Positions 26,600-38,485 of a stretch of DNA of 64,000 nucleotides are shown piece by piece. The translations under genes and the position numbers were made by a program. Under the pieces are notes generated by a model. It was not told the origin of the DNA and did not search any database. It was given only the letters and a program-made list of their open reading frames with translations. The DNA comes from Eledone cirrhosa (Eukaryota): NCBI GenBank assembly GCA_964016885.1, contig OZ024750.1:29636001-29700000 (forward strand), read 5' to 3'. Numbering within the stretch: position 1 is the stretch's first letter; each line of letters opens with the position of its first letter.

Positions 26600-27950
26600 A
26601 TATACATGTGTGTGTGTGTGTGTGTGTCTGTGTGTGTGTGTGTGTGTGTGACAACATATATGTGCGTGTGTTGCGTTGTGGTGGTATTGTGGTGTGGTGT
26701 CGTCTCGTGATGTGGTGTTGTGATGTTGTGGTGTGGTGGTGTTATTGTGGTGTGGTGTTGTGGTGTGGTGTTGTGATGTTGAGGTGTGGTGTTATTGTGT
26801 TGTGGTGTAACGTGTTGTGTTGTGCCATTGGGGTGGTGGAGTTGTGGTATGGTGTGGTGTGGTGTTGTGTTGTGATGTGGACTTGTGGTACTGGTGTGGT
26901 GTTGTGGTATTGATGTGGTGTTGTGATGTGATGTGGTATGGTGTGGTGTTGTGTTGTGGTGTGGTATGGTATGGTATGGTGTGGTGTTGTGGTATTGATG
27001 TGGTGTTGTGATGTGATGTGGTATGGTGTGGTGTGGTGTTGTGTTGTGGTATTGGTGTTGTGATGTGGTGTTGTGGTGTGGTGTTGTGGTATTGGTGTGG
27101 TGTTGTGTTGTGGTATTGGTGTTGTGATGTGGTGTTGTGGTGTGGTATGGTATGGTGTGGTGTTGTGGTATTGGTGTGGTGTTGTGGTGTCATGTGGTAT
27201 CGTGTTGTTATGTTGTGGTGTTGTGTTTGCTCTACAAGTGTTTTTTCCATGTTTAATTGTATCAATTGTGCAGTGGGAGAGGGGGGAGTGAGTGGGAGGA
27301 AGAAAGAGGGGGAGGGGAGAGGCGACAGAGCGTGGGAGGCATTTTGAAAAATATTTGGATGCAACTCTAAATGATGATGATGATGATGATGATGAGGAAG
27401 ACGATAATAATGATGATAACGACGATTATGGTGATGATGATGATGATGATACTGATACTGATAACAATGCCACCCCCGCTGGCGACGATGATGATGATAA
27501 CGATGATGGTGGTGGTGGTGGTGGTGGTGGTGGTGGTGGTGACAATGATGATGATGACGGTGGGAGTGGTGGTGGTGACAATGATGATGATGATGATGAT
27601 GTTGGGAATGGGAATGGTAGTGGTGGCGATGGTGATGATGTTGGTGTCAGTGATGATGATGGTGGTGATGGTAGTGATGATGGTGGTGATGATGGTGGTG
27701 ATGATGATGGTGGTGATGGTAGTGATGATGGTGGTGATGGTAGTGATGATGGTGATGATGATGGTGGTGGTGATGGCAGTGATGGTGATGATGATGGTGG
27801 TGATGGCAGTGATGGTGATGATTATGGTGGTGATGGCAGTGATGATGATGATGATGGTGGTGATGGCAGTGATGATGATGATGGTGGTGATGGCAGTGAT
27901 GGTGATGATGATGGTGGTGATGGCAGTGATGATGATGATGATGGTAGTTA
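26600..27950. repeat. Low-complexity GTGGT/GTGTT and GAT/GGT arrays
   Basis: Direct reading. Confidence 0.95.
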
Positions 27951-28057
27951 CGTAAAGGGATCGGTTCAGATTCGCAAAGTTTGCATATCTAAAAATAAAT
28001 CTAATCCTGTGAGAAAATAATAAAATATATTGTAACGGATTTTGGACGCCGCCATGA

Positions 28058-28893
28058 TGTCAACCTTGTCTCACTCACTCACTCAACCTAGTCTCACTCA
28101 CTCACTCATTCAACCTAGTCTCACTCACTCACTCTTTCAACCTTGTCTCACTCACTCACTCACTCACTCAACCTAGTCTCACTCACTCACTCACTCATTC
28201 AACCTAGTCTCACTCACTCACTCACTCATTCAACCTAGTCTCACTCACTCACTCTTTCAACCTTGTCTCACTCACTCACTCACTCACTCAACCTAGTCTC
28301 ACTCACTCACTCATTCAACCTAGTCTCACTCACTCACTCACTCTTTCAACCTTGTCTCACTCACTCACTCACTCAACCTAGTCTCACTCACTCACTCACT
28401 CATTCAACCTTGTCTCACTCACTCACTCACTCACTCAACCTAGTCTCACTCACTCATTCACTCACTCACTCAACGTAGTCTCAGTCACTCATTCAACCTA
28501 GCCTCTGTCACTTACTTACTCACTCACTCAACCTAGTCTCACTCACTCACTCATTCAACCTAGTCTCACTCACTCACTCACTCACTCAACCTTGTCTCAC
28601 TCACTCATTCACTCACTCACTCAACCTAGTCTCACTCACTCGTTCAACCTAGCCTCTGTCACTTACTTACTCACTCAACCTAGTCTCACTCACTCACTCA
28701 CTCATTCAACCTTGTCTCACTCGCTCACTCACTCACTCATTCACACTCACTCACTCACTCATTCAACCTAGTCTCACTCACTCACTCACTCAACCTAGTC
28801 GCACTCACTCACTCAACCTAGTCTCACTCACTCATTCAACCTAGCCTCTGTCACTTACTTACTCACTCACTCAACCTAGTCTCACTCACTCAC
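28058..28893. repeat. (TCAC)n-based minisatellite punctuated by AACCTAGTC/AACCTTGTC
   Basis: Direct reading; abuts the stop codon of the minus-strand RTE fragment. Confidence 0.95.
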
Positions 28894-30245
28894 GAGTCGA
28901 GTTTCCTCGCTTCGATGAACAGTACTCTTTCCACTTGTTTCGATCTAACATCACTCCAAGATCCGTTAACTTTCCTCCCGTGTCAGCATATACCATATCT
29001 AGATACATTGTTGCAGTATAACCTCTACTTCTCTGACCATGTACAGTACGACCTCTACTTCTCTGACCATGTACAGTACGACCTCTACTTCTCTGACCAT
29101 GTACAGTACGACCTCTACTTCTCTGACCATGTACAGTACGACCTCTACTTCTCTGACCATGTACAGTACGACCTCTACTTCTCTGACCTTGTACAGTACG
29201 ACCTCTACTTCTCTGACCATGTACAGTATAACCTCTACTTCTCTGACCTTGTACAGTACGACCTCTACTTCTCTGACCATGTACAGTACGACCTCTACTT
29301 CTCTGACCATGTACAGTATAACCTCTACTTCTCTGACCATGTACAGTACGACCTCTACTTCTCTGACCATGTACAGTATAACCTCTACTTCTCTGACCAT
29401 GTACAGTACGACCTCTACTTCTCTGACCATGTACAGTACGACCTCTACTTCTCTGACCATGTACAGTATAACCTCTACTTCTCTGACCATGTACAGTACG
29501 ACCTCTACTTCTCTGACCATGTACAGTATAACCTCTACTTCTCTGACCATGTACAGTACGACCTCTACTTCTCTGACCATGTACAGTACGACCTCTACTT
29601 CTCTGACCATGTACAGTATAACCTCTACTTCTCTGACCATGTACAGTACGACCTCTACTTCTCTGACCATGTACAGTACGACCTCTACTTCTCTGACCAT
29701 GTACAGTATAACCTCTACTTCTCTGACCTTGTACAGTACGACCTCTACTTCTCTGACTATGTACAGTACGACCTCTACTTCTCTGACCATGTACAGTACG
29801 ACCTCTACTTCTCTGACCATGTACAGTACGACCTCTACTTCTCTGACCATGTACAGTACGACCTCTACTTCTCTGACCATGTACAGTACGACCTCTACTT
29901 CTCTGACCATGTACAGTATAACCTCTACTTCTCTGACCTTGTACAGTACGACCTCTACTTCTCTGACCATGTACAGTACGACCTCTACTTCTCTGACCAT
30001 GTACAGTACGACCTCTACTTCTCTGACCATGTACAGTATAACCTCTACTTCTCTGACCATGTACAGTACGACCTCTACTTCTCTAACCATGTGCAGTACG
30101 ACCTCTACTTCTCTGACCATGTACAATATAACCTCTACTTCTCTGACCATGTACAGTACGACCTCTACTTCTCTGACCATGTGCAGGCTGCCATAATAGA
30201 ACCCCGCTGACACACTCGTCTTTTGCCGCAAACGGCATAGTATTG
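28886..30245 (-). pseudogene. RTE/RTE-X-like LINE 3' end interrupted by internal tandem amplification
   Basis: AKDECVSGVLLWQPA[HGQRSRGRTV]n HGQRSRGYTATMYLDMVYADTGGKLTDLGVMLDRNKWKEY...RE*. Confidence 0.8.
29012..30185. repeat. 30-bp minisatellite, about 39 highly homogeneous units
   Basis: Unit GTACAGTA(CG/TA)ACCTCTACTTCTCTGACCAT. Confidence 0.99.
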
Positions 30246-30284
30246 TATGTATATAACCGGCATGTCTCCATTATTGCATTTTGA

Positions 30285-30880
30285 GGAGGTACGTGACTTA
30301 GTGGTAGGTATGTTGGACTTATGATCATAATGTTGTGGGTTCCATCCCTGGACTAGAGTTGTGTGTTGTGTTCTTCAGCAAAACACTTCATTTCACGTTG
30401 CTCCAGAAATGAATACCAGCAACAGGGGAGGGGGGGGGGTAGTCTTGCACTCTCGGTCGCTTCTCGCCGCTTAACCTGTGATAAACACTGGCCTGGTGAG
30501 CATCCGGGCTCGAGACAAACTTTAGAGAGAAGACGACTGCAGTTTATTGTGAAGGCGCGTGGTTTAGTGGTTAGGGTATTCAGCTCACGATTGTCGCGAG
30601 ATCGAGTACTGGCGACGATTTGTTTTACCTTGCACCAGTCCAGTCTAGTCCAGCCCAGCCCAGAAAATTCCACTCTGCTAGCAAAATTGGACTGCACCTG
30701 GAATTCAAATGTCACTCATACACACGGTCACGCTGAATCTCCCTGAGAATTATGTTAAGAGTACAAGTGTCTGTGGATGTGTGGGATGCTCAGCCAATAT
30801 CACGTAACTTCACAAGCGGGCTATTTAATTGACCAAGCAACTGGAAAACTCGTCGTCGGAACCGACGGAGACCCACAGAC
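30285..30880 (+). mobile_element. Two family B (CORE-like) SINE copies
   Basis: Heads at about 30287 and 30551; TGTGTTCTTCAGCAAAACACTTCATTTCACGTTGCTCCAG; tail ending CTCGTCGTCGGAACCGACGG. Confidence 0.75.
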
Positions 30881-31024
30881 ACACACACACACACAACTAT
30901 GTCAGAAACGATAGAAATATAAGATATATATATATATACACACTACAACACTACCACACCATACTACACTACCACCACACCGCCCTACCACACGCGATAG
31001 AAACATAAGATATATGCGTGTGTG

Positions 31025-31220
31025 GTTTCTACAGGACTAGAACTGTTTTATTCGAAGGAAATCTTCAAGAAAGCGATGATTTCCTTCGAATGAAACAGTT
31101 CTAGTCCTGTAGAAGCCATTTTTATATTAAATTTTGTTGTATACACTCTACTAATGTATTGAGTACCTTACTTACTGTGGTTACCCTCGAGATTGAACCC
31201 GAGACTCATTCCCACACACA

Positions 31221-31285
<65 letters not shown>

Positions 31286-31465
31286 GTTTATCTCGGGTTC
31301 AATCGGGGGTAACCAGAGTAAGTAAGGTACTCAATACATAGCAAAGTATAAATATTTAATATATAAATGGCTTCTACAGGACTAGAACTGTTTCATTCGG
31401 AAGAAATCACCAGGAAAGCCCTTTCCTGGTGATTTTTTCCGAATGAAACAGTTCTAGTCCTGTAT
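31025..31465. mobile_element. Two family C foldback HHR elements arranged tail-to-tail around (CA)n
   Basis: Hairpins 31027-31113 and about 31376-31464; motif UUUC CUG(G)UGA UUUC UUCC GAAU GAA ACAG UUCUAGUC CUGU A/GAAG; tails with GAGTAC at 31161 (+) and 31327 (-). Confidence 0.75.
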
Positions 31466-31548
31466 ATATATTATATATACCCAAGGAATATTCAACTGAT
31501 AAAGTATGATTTTCCTCGGCTATGCCAAAATTTATAAAACACTCTTTG

Positions 31549-31611
31549 TATTTTATCTGATGAAAGCGTACCAAAGTTTTTTGGTACCCTTGAAATATAT
31601 ATAATAGAATA
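31549..31611 (+). ncRNA. Type I hammerhead ribozyme
   Basis: UAUUUUAU CUGAUGA(31557-63) AAG C GUACCAAA..UUUGGUAC C CUU GAAA(31592-95) UAUAUA UA/AUAGAAUA; 8-bp stem I; predicted cut after 31603. Confidence 0.85.
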
Positions 31612-31752
31612 AATATGGTTTTATAAATATAGTTTCCATTTATTTAATATCATTGTATATATATTATATATATATTTGTTTTGCGAGGTTTTTGATATGA
31701 AATCGTGTGTCGAAACAAATATTGTTATACTTGGGGAGGGTCATATTGTTGT

Positions 31753-31840
<88 letters not shown>

Positions 31841-31896
31841 AATCGAAAATGCAACTGGAGTCTTATTTTTTTAAAAATATATATATTTATTTGGTT

Positions 31897-31934
31897 CCTT
31901 TACCGGTTTCGCAGTTCTTCTGCTTTTCAAAAGG
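31897..31934 (-). ncRNA. Minimal hammerhead ribozyme with U3-A8 core variant
   Basis: CCUU UUGAAAA GCAG AAGAA CUGC GAAA CCGG UA/AAGG. Confidence 0.7.
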
Positions 31935-31969
31935 TGAGTTGAGATGGAGGGTCTGTGGTTTTTCTCACA

Positions 31970-32032
<63 letters not shown>

Positions 32033-32275
32033 TTCCACTATATAAGAAATATAAGAAAAATAAATATATAAATAACTTACTGTTGTCGTCTGGTTGTACA
32101 GTGTTTTTATCCAAATTGTTTGGAGGTGATGATGGTCGCATTGTCTCCAACTGAAATAGAAACCAGAAATTGGAATTAGAAATATGTTCCAATAGGATTT
32201 AGTTTTATCAATGGACGCCGTTGGATGTCGATGGTAGAGAATGAATCTACTAATTAGTAACATTCCACCACGCTG

Positions 32276-32829
32276 AGGTAAGTCTCAGAATGGAGTAGTG
32301 CTGTCTCACCTGTGATGGTGATACTGTTATATATACAGGTAAGTCTTAGAATGGAGTAGTGCTGTCTCACCTGTGATGGTGATACCGTTATATATACAGG
32401 TAAGTCTTAGAATGGAGTAGTGCTGTCTCACCTGTGATGGTGATACCGTTATATATACAGGTAAGTCTTAGAATGGAGTAGTGCTGTCTCACCTGTGATG
32501 GTGATACCGTTATATATACAGGTAAGTCTTAGAATGGAGTAGTGCTGTCTCACCTGTGATGGTGATACTGTTATATATACAGGTAAGTCTCAGAATGGAG
32601 TAGTGCTGTCTCACCTGTGATGGTGATACTGTTATATATACAGGTAAGTCTTAGAATGGAGTAGTGCTGTCTCACCTGTGATGGTGATACCGTTATATAT
32701 ACAGGTAAGTCTTAGAATGGAGTAGTGCTGTCTCACCTGTGATGGTGATACCGTTATATATACAGGTAAGTCTTAGAATGGAGTAGTGCTGTCTTACCTG
32801 TGACGGTGATACTGTTATATATACAGGTA
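32276..32829. repeat. 61-bp minisatellite, 9 units
   Basis: Unit AGGTAAGTCTTAGAATGGAGTAGTGCTGTCTCACCTGTGATGGTGATACCGTTATATATAC. Confidence 0.98.
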
Positions 32830-33189
32830 TCCTCTTAAAACTGTCTACCCAACAGATTGACACGAAGTTGCTCCCCAATACTCTCCGGGTTCTGGTCCAC
32901 TGATGTGCTGCCCCCACCCCCTCTCTCTCTCTGTGACAAACTCCTCATCTGAAACTGTTCTTAGACCCAGTCAAAGGTAATCTATACCTCCCTCCCCCAC
33001 CCACCAACGACGTCACTAATACCATTGAAGAATGCGTGTATGTCACATAACCTCATTTCATCTTAGTCTTGAATAAGATATCTCTGTCTCTCTCCAAGTA
33101 ATTAGGGAACCTCTGTCTCTCTCTAAGTAATTAGGGAACCTCTGTCTCTCTCTAAGTAATTAGGGAACCTCTGTCTCTCCAGGTAGAGC

Positions 33190-33455
33190 TGCTACTTCTC
33201 CTAATTGAGAGATCACAGCTCTGATACTATGGGAATGGGATTACTATATCTCAGGAAAGAATCACTGGACAGATTTTACGCGCAAAAACCAACCAGCAGG
33301 AGACCCAGGGGTAGACCCTGAGCAAGATGGTTGGATAACATCCATGAACTTGGCTGGTCTCGCTTGGGGATCCAGCCGGATCAGCTGGAGACGGTTGCTT
33401 CTGACAGGACCCCCTGGAAGGAGTGTTTGAGGACTCTGCCTCCACGACCCTCTCA
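33190..33455 (+). pseudogene. RTE (Expander-like) LINE 3' fragment; other copies at 12270-12355, 36100-36335, 58715-58915
   Basis: PTSRRPRGRP*ARWLDNIHELGWSRLGIQPDQLETVASDR..WKECLRTLPPRP. Confidence 0.8.
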
Positions 33456-33470
33456 GAAATAAGTGGGCGA

Positions 33471-33525
<55 letters not shown>

Positions 33526-33619
33526 ACAGAGAGAGAGAGAGAGATTTAGCTGATATTTCTTGCCGTATTATCTTACCCTCACGAAGTCGTCTTCCTTACT
33601 GATTAACGAAAGTGTGCAC

Positions 33620-33667
33620 TCAAAAATTGAAAATTAGAATTGGTGCTCTGAAATAGCGATATATACA

Positions 33668-33722
<55 letters not shown>

Positions 33723-33758
33723 CTATTTCAGAGCACCAATTCTAATTTTCAATTTTTG
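33620..33758. repeat. About 40-bp perfect inverted repeat with a (TA)n apex
   Basis: CAAAAATTGAAAATTAGAATTGGTGCTCTGAAATAGCGAT and its reverse complement; the left arm continues into GAGTGC on the minus strand. Confidence 0.85.
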
Positions 33759-33832
33759 CTGGACCGGCAACCGCTCTGTATAATTAATTCCTGATTATTA
33801 CTGGAATTCTATAAGAATCCAACATTCATAAT

Positions 33833-33923
33833 TTTCAACAAACAAGGGGAGTACTAAGCTCTGAGGAATACCAACAGTATGAAACAGAGATCTGTCAGCT
33901 TATCTCCCTTTGTTTGTTGAAAA
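33833..33923 (+). ncRNA. Canonical type I hammerhead ribozyme with GUC site
   Basis: UAAGCU CUGAGGA(33861-67) AUAC CAACA GUAU GAA ACAG AGAU CUGU C/AGCUUA; predicted cut after 33896; stem I extended by UUUUCAACAAACAAGGGGAG / CUCCCUUUGUUUGUUGAAAA. Confidence 0.9.
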
Positions 33924-34025
33924 AAGAAGTAAGTGACATAGTCACTACTTTAAAACAATAGCGTAAGGTCTTCAAAATGCTTTTAATTAAGCATACAGTG
34001 TATTGCAAAATACACTATATATACA

Positions 34026-34085
<60 letters not shown>

Positions 34086-34123
34086 ATATTAATAAATGGA
34101 AACTATATTTATAAAACCATAAT

Positions 34124-34189
34124 TATTTTATTATATATATTTCAAGGGCAACCAAGGCAAATTATGGTGCGCTTTCATCAGATAAAATA
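34124..34189 (-). ncRNA. Type I hammerhead ribozyme (related to 31549)
   Basis: UAUUUUAU CUGAUGA(34181-75) AAG C GCACCA..UGGUUGC C CUU GAAA UAUAUA UA/AUAAAAUA. Confidence 0.85.
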
Positions 34190-34465
34190 CAGATTTGTTT
34201 TATAAATAAATATTGACATACCCGGAAAAAAGGTAACCTTAACGGTTGAAGTTCCTAGTGTATCTAGGTCTACGTTATCCTTTTAAAAATATGTCAGTGA
34301 ATGATTTGAGGGAAATTTGGCTGATATTTCTTGCCAGTTGAGCGTCTACGTGGAAACTCCTCGTTCGTAGGTCTATACCTGGTGTGTTTTAACCACAGGA
34401 CACTGTCTAAATATATTTTACATTAGTTCATTTTGTGCATGAAACGTTATGTAAGGGATTAACTC

Positions 34466-34520
<55 letters not shown>

Positions 34521-34758
34521 ATATTGCCTGTTAAGTAAGGGGCTTCTGTTTTAATTTATTAGCCCCTACCAATACCATCACCTCTACCGCCACCAACATC
34601 ACCATCACCAATATAGGGGCCAGTCAAAAGATAAAGATACAGGCCTCCTCCACCTTTTACACCTTACTAAAAATTAAACAACGCTGTGGATATATGTGTG
34701 TGTGTGTTTCTATATATATATATGTGTGTGTGTGTGTGCGTATATATACTTGTGTGTG

Positions 34759-34829
<71 letters not shown>

Positions 34830-34927
34830 TGTGCAATCAGTTATATTATTATGTATTTCTGTTTGTATAGATGGATGTTGAACGGATGTGCCTAAATACA
34901 TATGTTCAAGCTGATAAACATTTTCGG

Positions 34928-34959
<32 letters not shown>

Positions 34960-35250
34960 TGTGTGTGTGTGTATGTACTCATTTTACATATACACTTACA
35001 AACACACACACACACTATATATATATATATTCAACCCAACATGGCCACAGCGGGATAACTGAAATCTGTTCGAAAATATAAGTACGATTATTCATATGAA
35101 TATATTTCTACATGAATAGTTCCATAAGTGTATACACGTTTCTCTGTGTAGTTTGTACACATTCACACACACTCTTATGCACTCACACACACACACACAC
35201 TCACAAACACTTACATACACACACATACCCACACATACCTCTCTCTCTCT

Positions 35251-35282
<32 letters not shown>

Positions 35283-35654
35283 GCCACAAGGTATGTCTAC
35301 ACATGCATGTGTGTATATATATATATGCCAGAAGGTATAATGTCTATACATGCATGTGTATATGTATAAAGACTGCTAGTTCTTATTTGAAACTGCAGAC
35401 GATAATGTAAATAATACAGTTAATATTTGATAGCACGCTATGATAACCAGCCATACCATCTGTTGAATTTTGACAGTGAAATTTAATCATTTTTGCTGTT
35501 ATTTACTGTTGGTAGTCATGGTAACCCCAGGATTTTTTACTTCTTTTTTTTTATTTTGGAGAGGGGGGGGAGGGCACCTTGATTGATATAGAACCTACCA
35601 AAGACAGCTTCTATTTGGACACTCAAGTTGCTAGAAATATGAGCGAGCTATATA

Positions 35655-35818
35655 CAGGGCCTTTGGTAGGGGTGTCCAGCCGGTACTAGGTTTCGGGGCT
35701 CAAGAGCTAAGAAGGCCCCACAGCATCCATTTCAACATCCATTTTGAGAAACATCTTTGCCTGCTTCGGGCCTCAAAGGGGTCTTGTACCCCTTGTAAAA
35801 TTCCTCTTGGAGGCCCTG
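35655..35818. mobile_element. hAT-like MITE
   Basis: TIR CAGGGCCT / AGGCCCTG with 8-bp TSD GCTATATA / GCTATATC. Confidence 0.8.
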
Positions 35819-36725
35819 GCTATATCTCCCTCAAATCGCTCACCTTTAATTAATCTTCCCTGTTACCACCCACAGGTGGATTGATGGAGTAGTTTGAATG
35901 TCTCGTACATTATGAGTTCAAATCCTGCCTCTTTCAAACCCAGCAGACTCTCAACATGGCACGACCCACGAAACTCTGGTTTTCTTGGTCCAGTCTAACG
36001 ATAGGCTTCTTTTTTTCTTTTCCTTATTAAATATATTTACCCGCCGAAATTGGGGTTCCTACGAGTGCGTAGCTCGGAGATCGGAGAGTCATTTCCAGGT
36101 AGGGCCGCTACATCTCCGAATTGAGAGATCATAGAGTCTATACTACGGACATGTGATTAGAATATCTGAAGAAAGAATCGCTGGGCAGATTTTACGGGCT
36201 AAACCACAGGTAGACCACGAGTATGATGGGTGTGTAACATCTATGAGCTTGGTTGGTCTCGCTTAGTCTCATCGAGGGATCCATCTGGATCATTAGTAGG
36301 AGGTTGCTTCTGATGGGATCATCTGGAAGGCGTGTCTGAGAAATAAGTGGGCGAATAATAATAGGCCGCATATGTCTATCTGTACTCCTATCACATCTGT
36401 GTACCCTGTAGATACACTGTCACCTTTCAGTCATTCTATGTCTATTTATACCCCTATCTTATATGTATACCCTTATCCTATCTGTCTACCTCTGTTATAT
36501 AAATATATAAATATATATATATATATATATATGTGTGTAGAGAGAGAGAGAGAGGGAGGGGGGGATGATAAGGAGATTTGCCGCCAAGGACTTGTTTTTT
36601 TTAAGTGATGGTAATGAGAACGATAGAGTGTTAGTTGGCAGGTTGAGAGAGGTTGAGTGTTCCTATGATGTGGGACTCTGACATATGTTTCGTTGAATTA
36701 TAAGTAGAATTATATTGACTCGACA

Positions 36726-37090
36726 AGATTAAGGGTGTTGGCAGAGAAGATTAAGGGTGTAGATAGTGAAAATTAAGGGTGTAGATAGTGAAGATTAAAG
36801 GTGTAGATGGTGAGGATTAAGGGTGTTGGTGGAGATTAAGGGTGTTGATAGTGAAGATTAAGGGTGTTGGTGGAGATTAAGGGTGTAGATATTGAAGATT
36901 AAGGGTGTTGATAGTGAAGATTAAGGGTGTTGATAGTGAAGATTAAGGGTGTTGATAGTGAAGATTAAGGGTGTAGATAGTGAAGATTAAGGGTGATGAT
37001 AGTGAAGATTAAGGGTGTTGGTGGAGATTAAGGGTGTTGATAGTGAAGATTAAGGGTGTAGATAGTGAAGATTAAGGGTGTTGATGGAGA
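36726..37090. repeat. About 22-bp minisatellite
   Basis: Unit GAAGATTAAGGGTGT(T/A)GATAGT. Confidence 0.95.
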
Positions 37091-37218
37091 TAAAAAGATA
37101 AATTCAGAAAAAAGCAAGTATAAAAATGGTGAAAGAATAATGATTGAGTAATGAAATCAATAGTTGATCATTGGAAAGTGATCAACATAAAACTGATGTT
37201 AACTAGCAACGAATCAAA

Positions 37219-37385
37219 CCCTCGTGTTTAATACCTTGTGTTTTATACATATGTGTTTAGTACTCTCGTGTTTTATACCCTTGTGTTTAATACCTTCGTG
37301 TTTAATATCCACATGTTTATACCCACGTGTTTAATACCCTCGTGTTTAATACCTTCGTATTTAATACCCTCGTGTTTAATACCCT
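37219..37385. repeat. 15-bp minisatellite
   Basis: Unit CCCTCGTGTTTAATA. Confidence 0.9.
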
Positions 37386-37689
37386 GAAATATAAAATACA
37401 ATGGACTTCTAAACAGTTTCTGTCTACCAAATTCCACTCACTTAGGTTTAGGTCGACTCGAGGCTGTGGTAAATACCACTTGTCCATGATACCACATAGT
37501 GGATTTGAACCCAAGATCTTATGATTGCGAAGCTAACTACTTAACCATTTGGTCATGTAGTGTCCACTATACGTACATAACATATACTAAAAAGGCCCCA
37601 TTCGGACATGACTGACCAATGGTTTTCACTTGGAAAGTTCCTCTTCTTCAAGGTGCAAGCCTGGACAAGGTGAGATGTGCAAGAGCAGT

Positions 37690-37815
37690 GGTCGCCCATG
37701 CATACAAAGTGAAATAAAGTGTTTTGCTCAAGGACACAGTTCGCCACCTGGAATCGAACTCACCACCTTACGATCGTGCGCCTATCACCTTATTTACTAA
37801 GCCACGTGACATCAC
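37690..37815 (-). mobile_element. Family B SINE
   Basis: Reverse complement of GTGGCTTAGT..GAGTTCGATTCC..TGTGTCCTTGAGCAAAACACTT. Confidence 0.75.
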
Positions 37816-38444
37816 ACATTTACATATGATTCATTAATGCCTGCATAAGAACAACACAAAGTAGTTTCCTTAACTCTTCTTTTGATAAAGGAATCCTATC
37901 CCGAAATATTAAAGACTAATTAAATACATCCAAGGTAACATTCAAATGACTTTGTTAATGTTATTTATAACATTTTAAGTCCTATTTTCATTGCTGTAAA
38001 CTTTGGCAAAACATTTTCTACGCTTCCCACAATGTTTCAAGCAAACTACAACCTCCTCATATATATAAATATTGAGACACGGCAAACATAGACAATACTC
38101 ACCAGACTGTGAAAATGAAGTAATGGTAACAACCTCTTTAATTGTTGTAATCTATCCCCGATTAAATTAAATTGGTCATCGTGTGCGATGTCGGTCGAAT
38201 TACAGAGGTTCTGAAAATATATATAATATTTTGAAAACAATTCAGAAAACACACTTGCATGCACAACCACACACGCACACAAACGCGCGAATACACACAC
38301 ACACACGAGAGAGAGAGAGAGAGATAAACATACGAGCATACACATAACTAACACCTTAAGTTTTTACTATAAACTATATTAAATATTACAGCCGCATAAA
38401 AAAAAATAATTTACGTAGATAAATTTATGTGGATACCATGTGCG

Positions 38445-38483
<39 letters not shown>

Positions 38484-38485
<2 letters not shown>

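Noticed and set aside
27292-28020. Asp/Gly-rich 242-aa ORF resembling a biomineral protein
   Set aside because: GAT/GGT triplet expansion open in several frames; no signal peptide or splice support
28915-30231. Long ORFs of 385-431 aa in several frames
   Set aside because: Produced by a 30-bp stop-poor tandem repeat; the informative frame is a decayed RTE C-terminus
36726-37090. TTAAGGG motif resembling telomeric repeats
   Set aside because: Part of a 22-bp unit, not tandem TTAGGG
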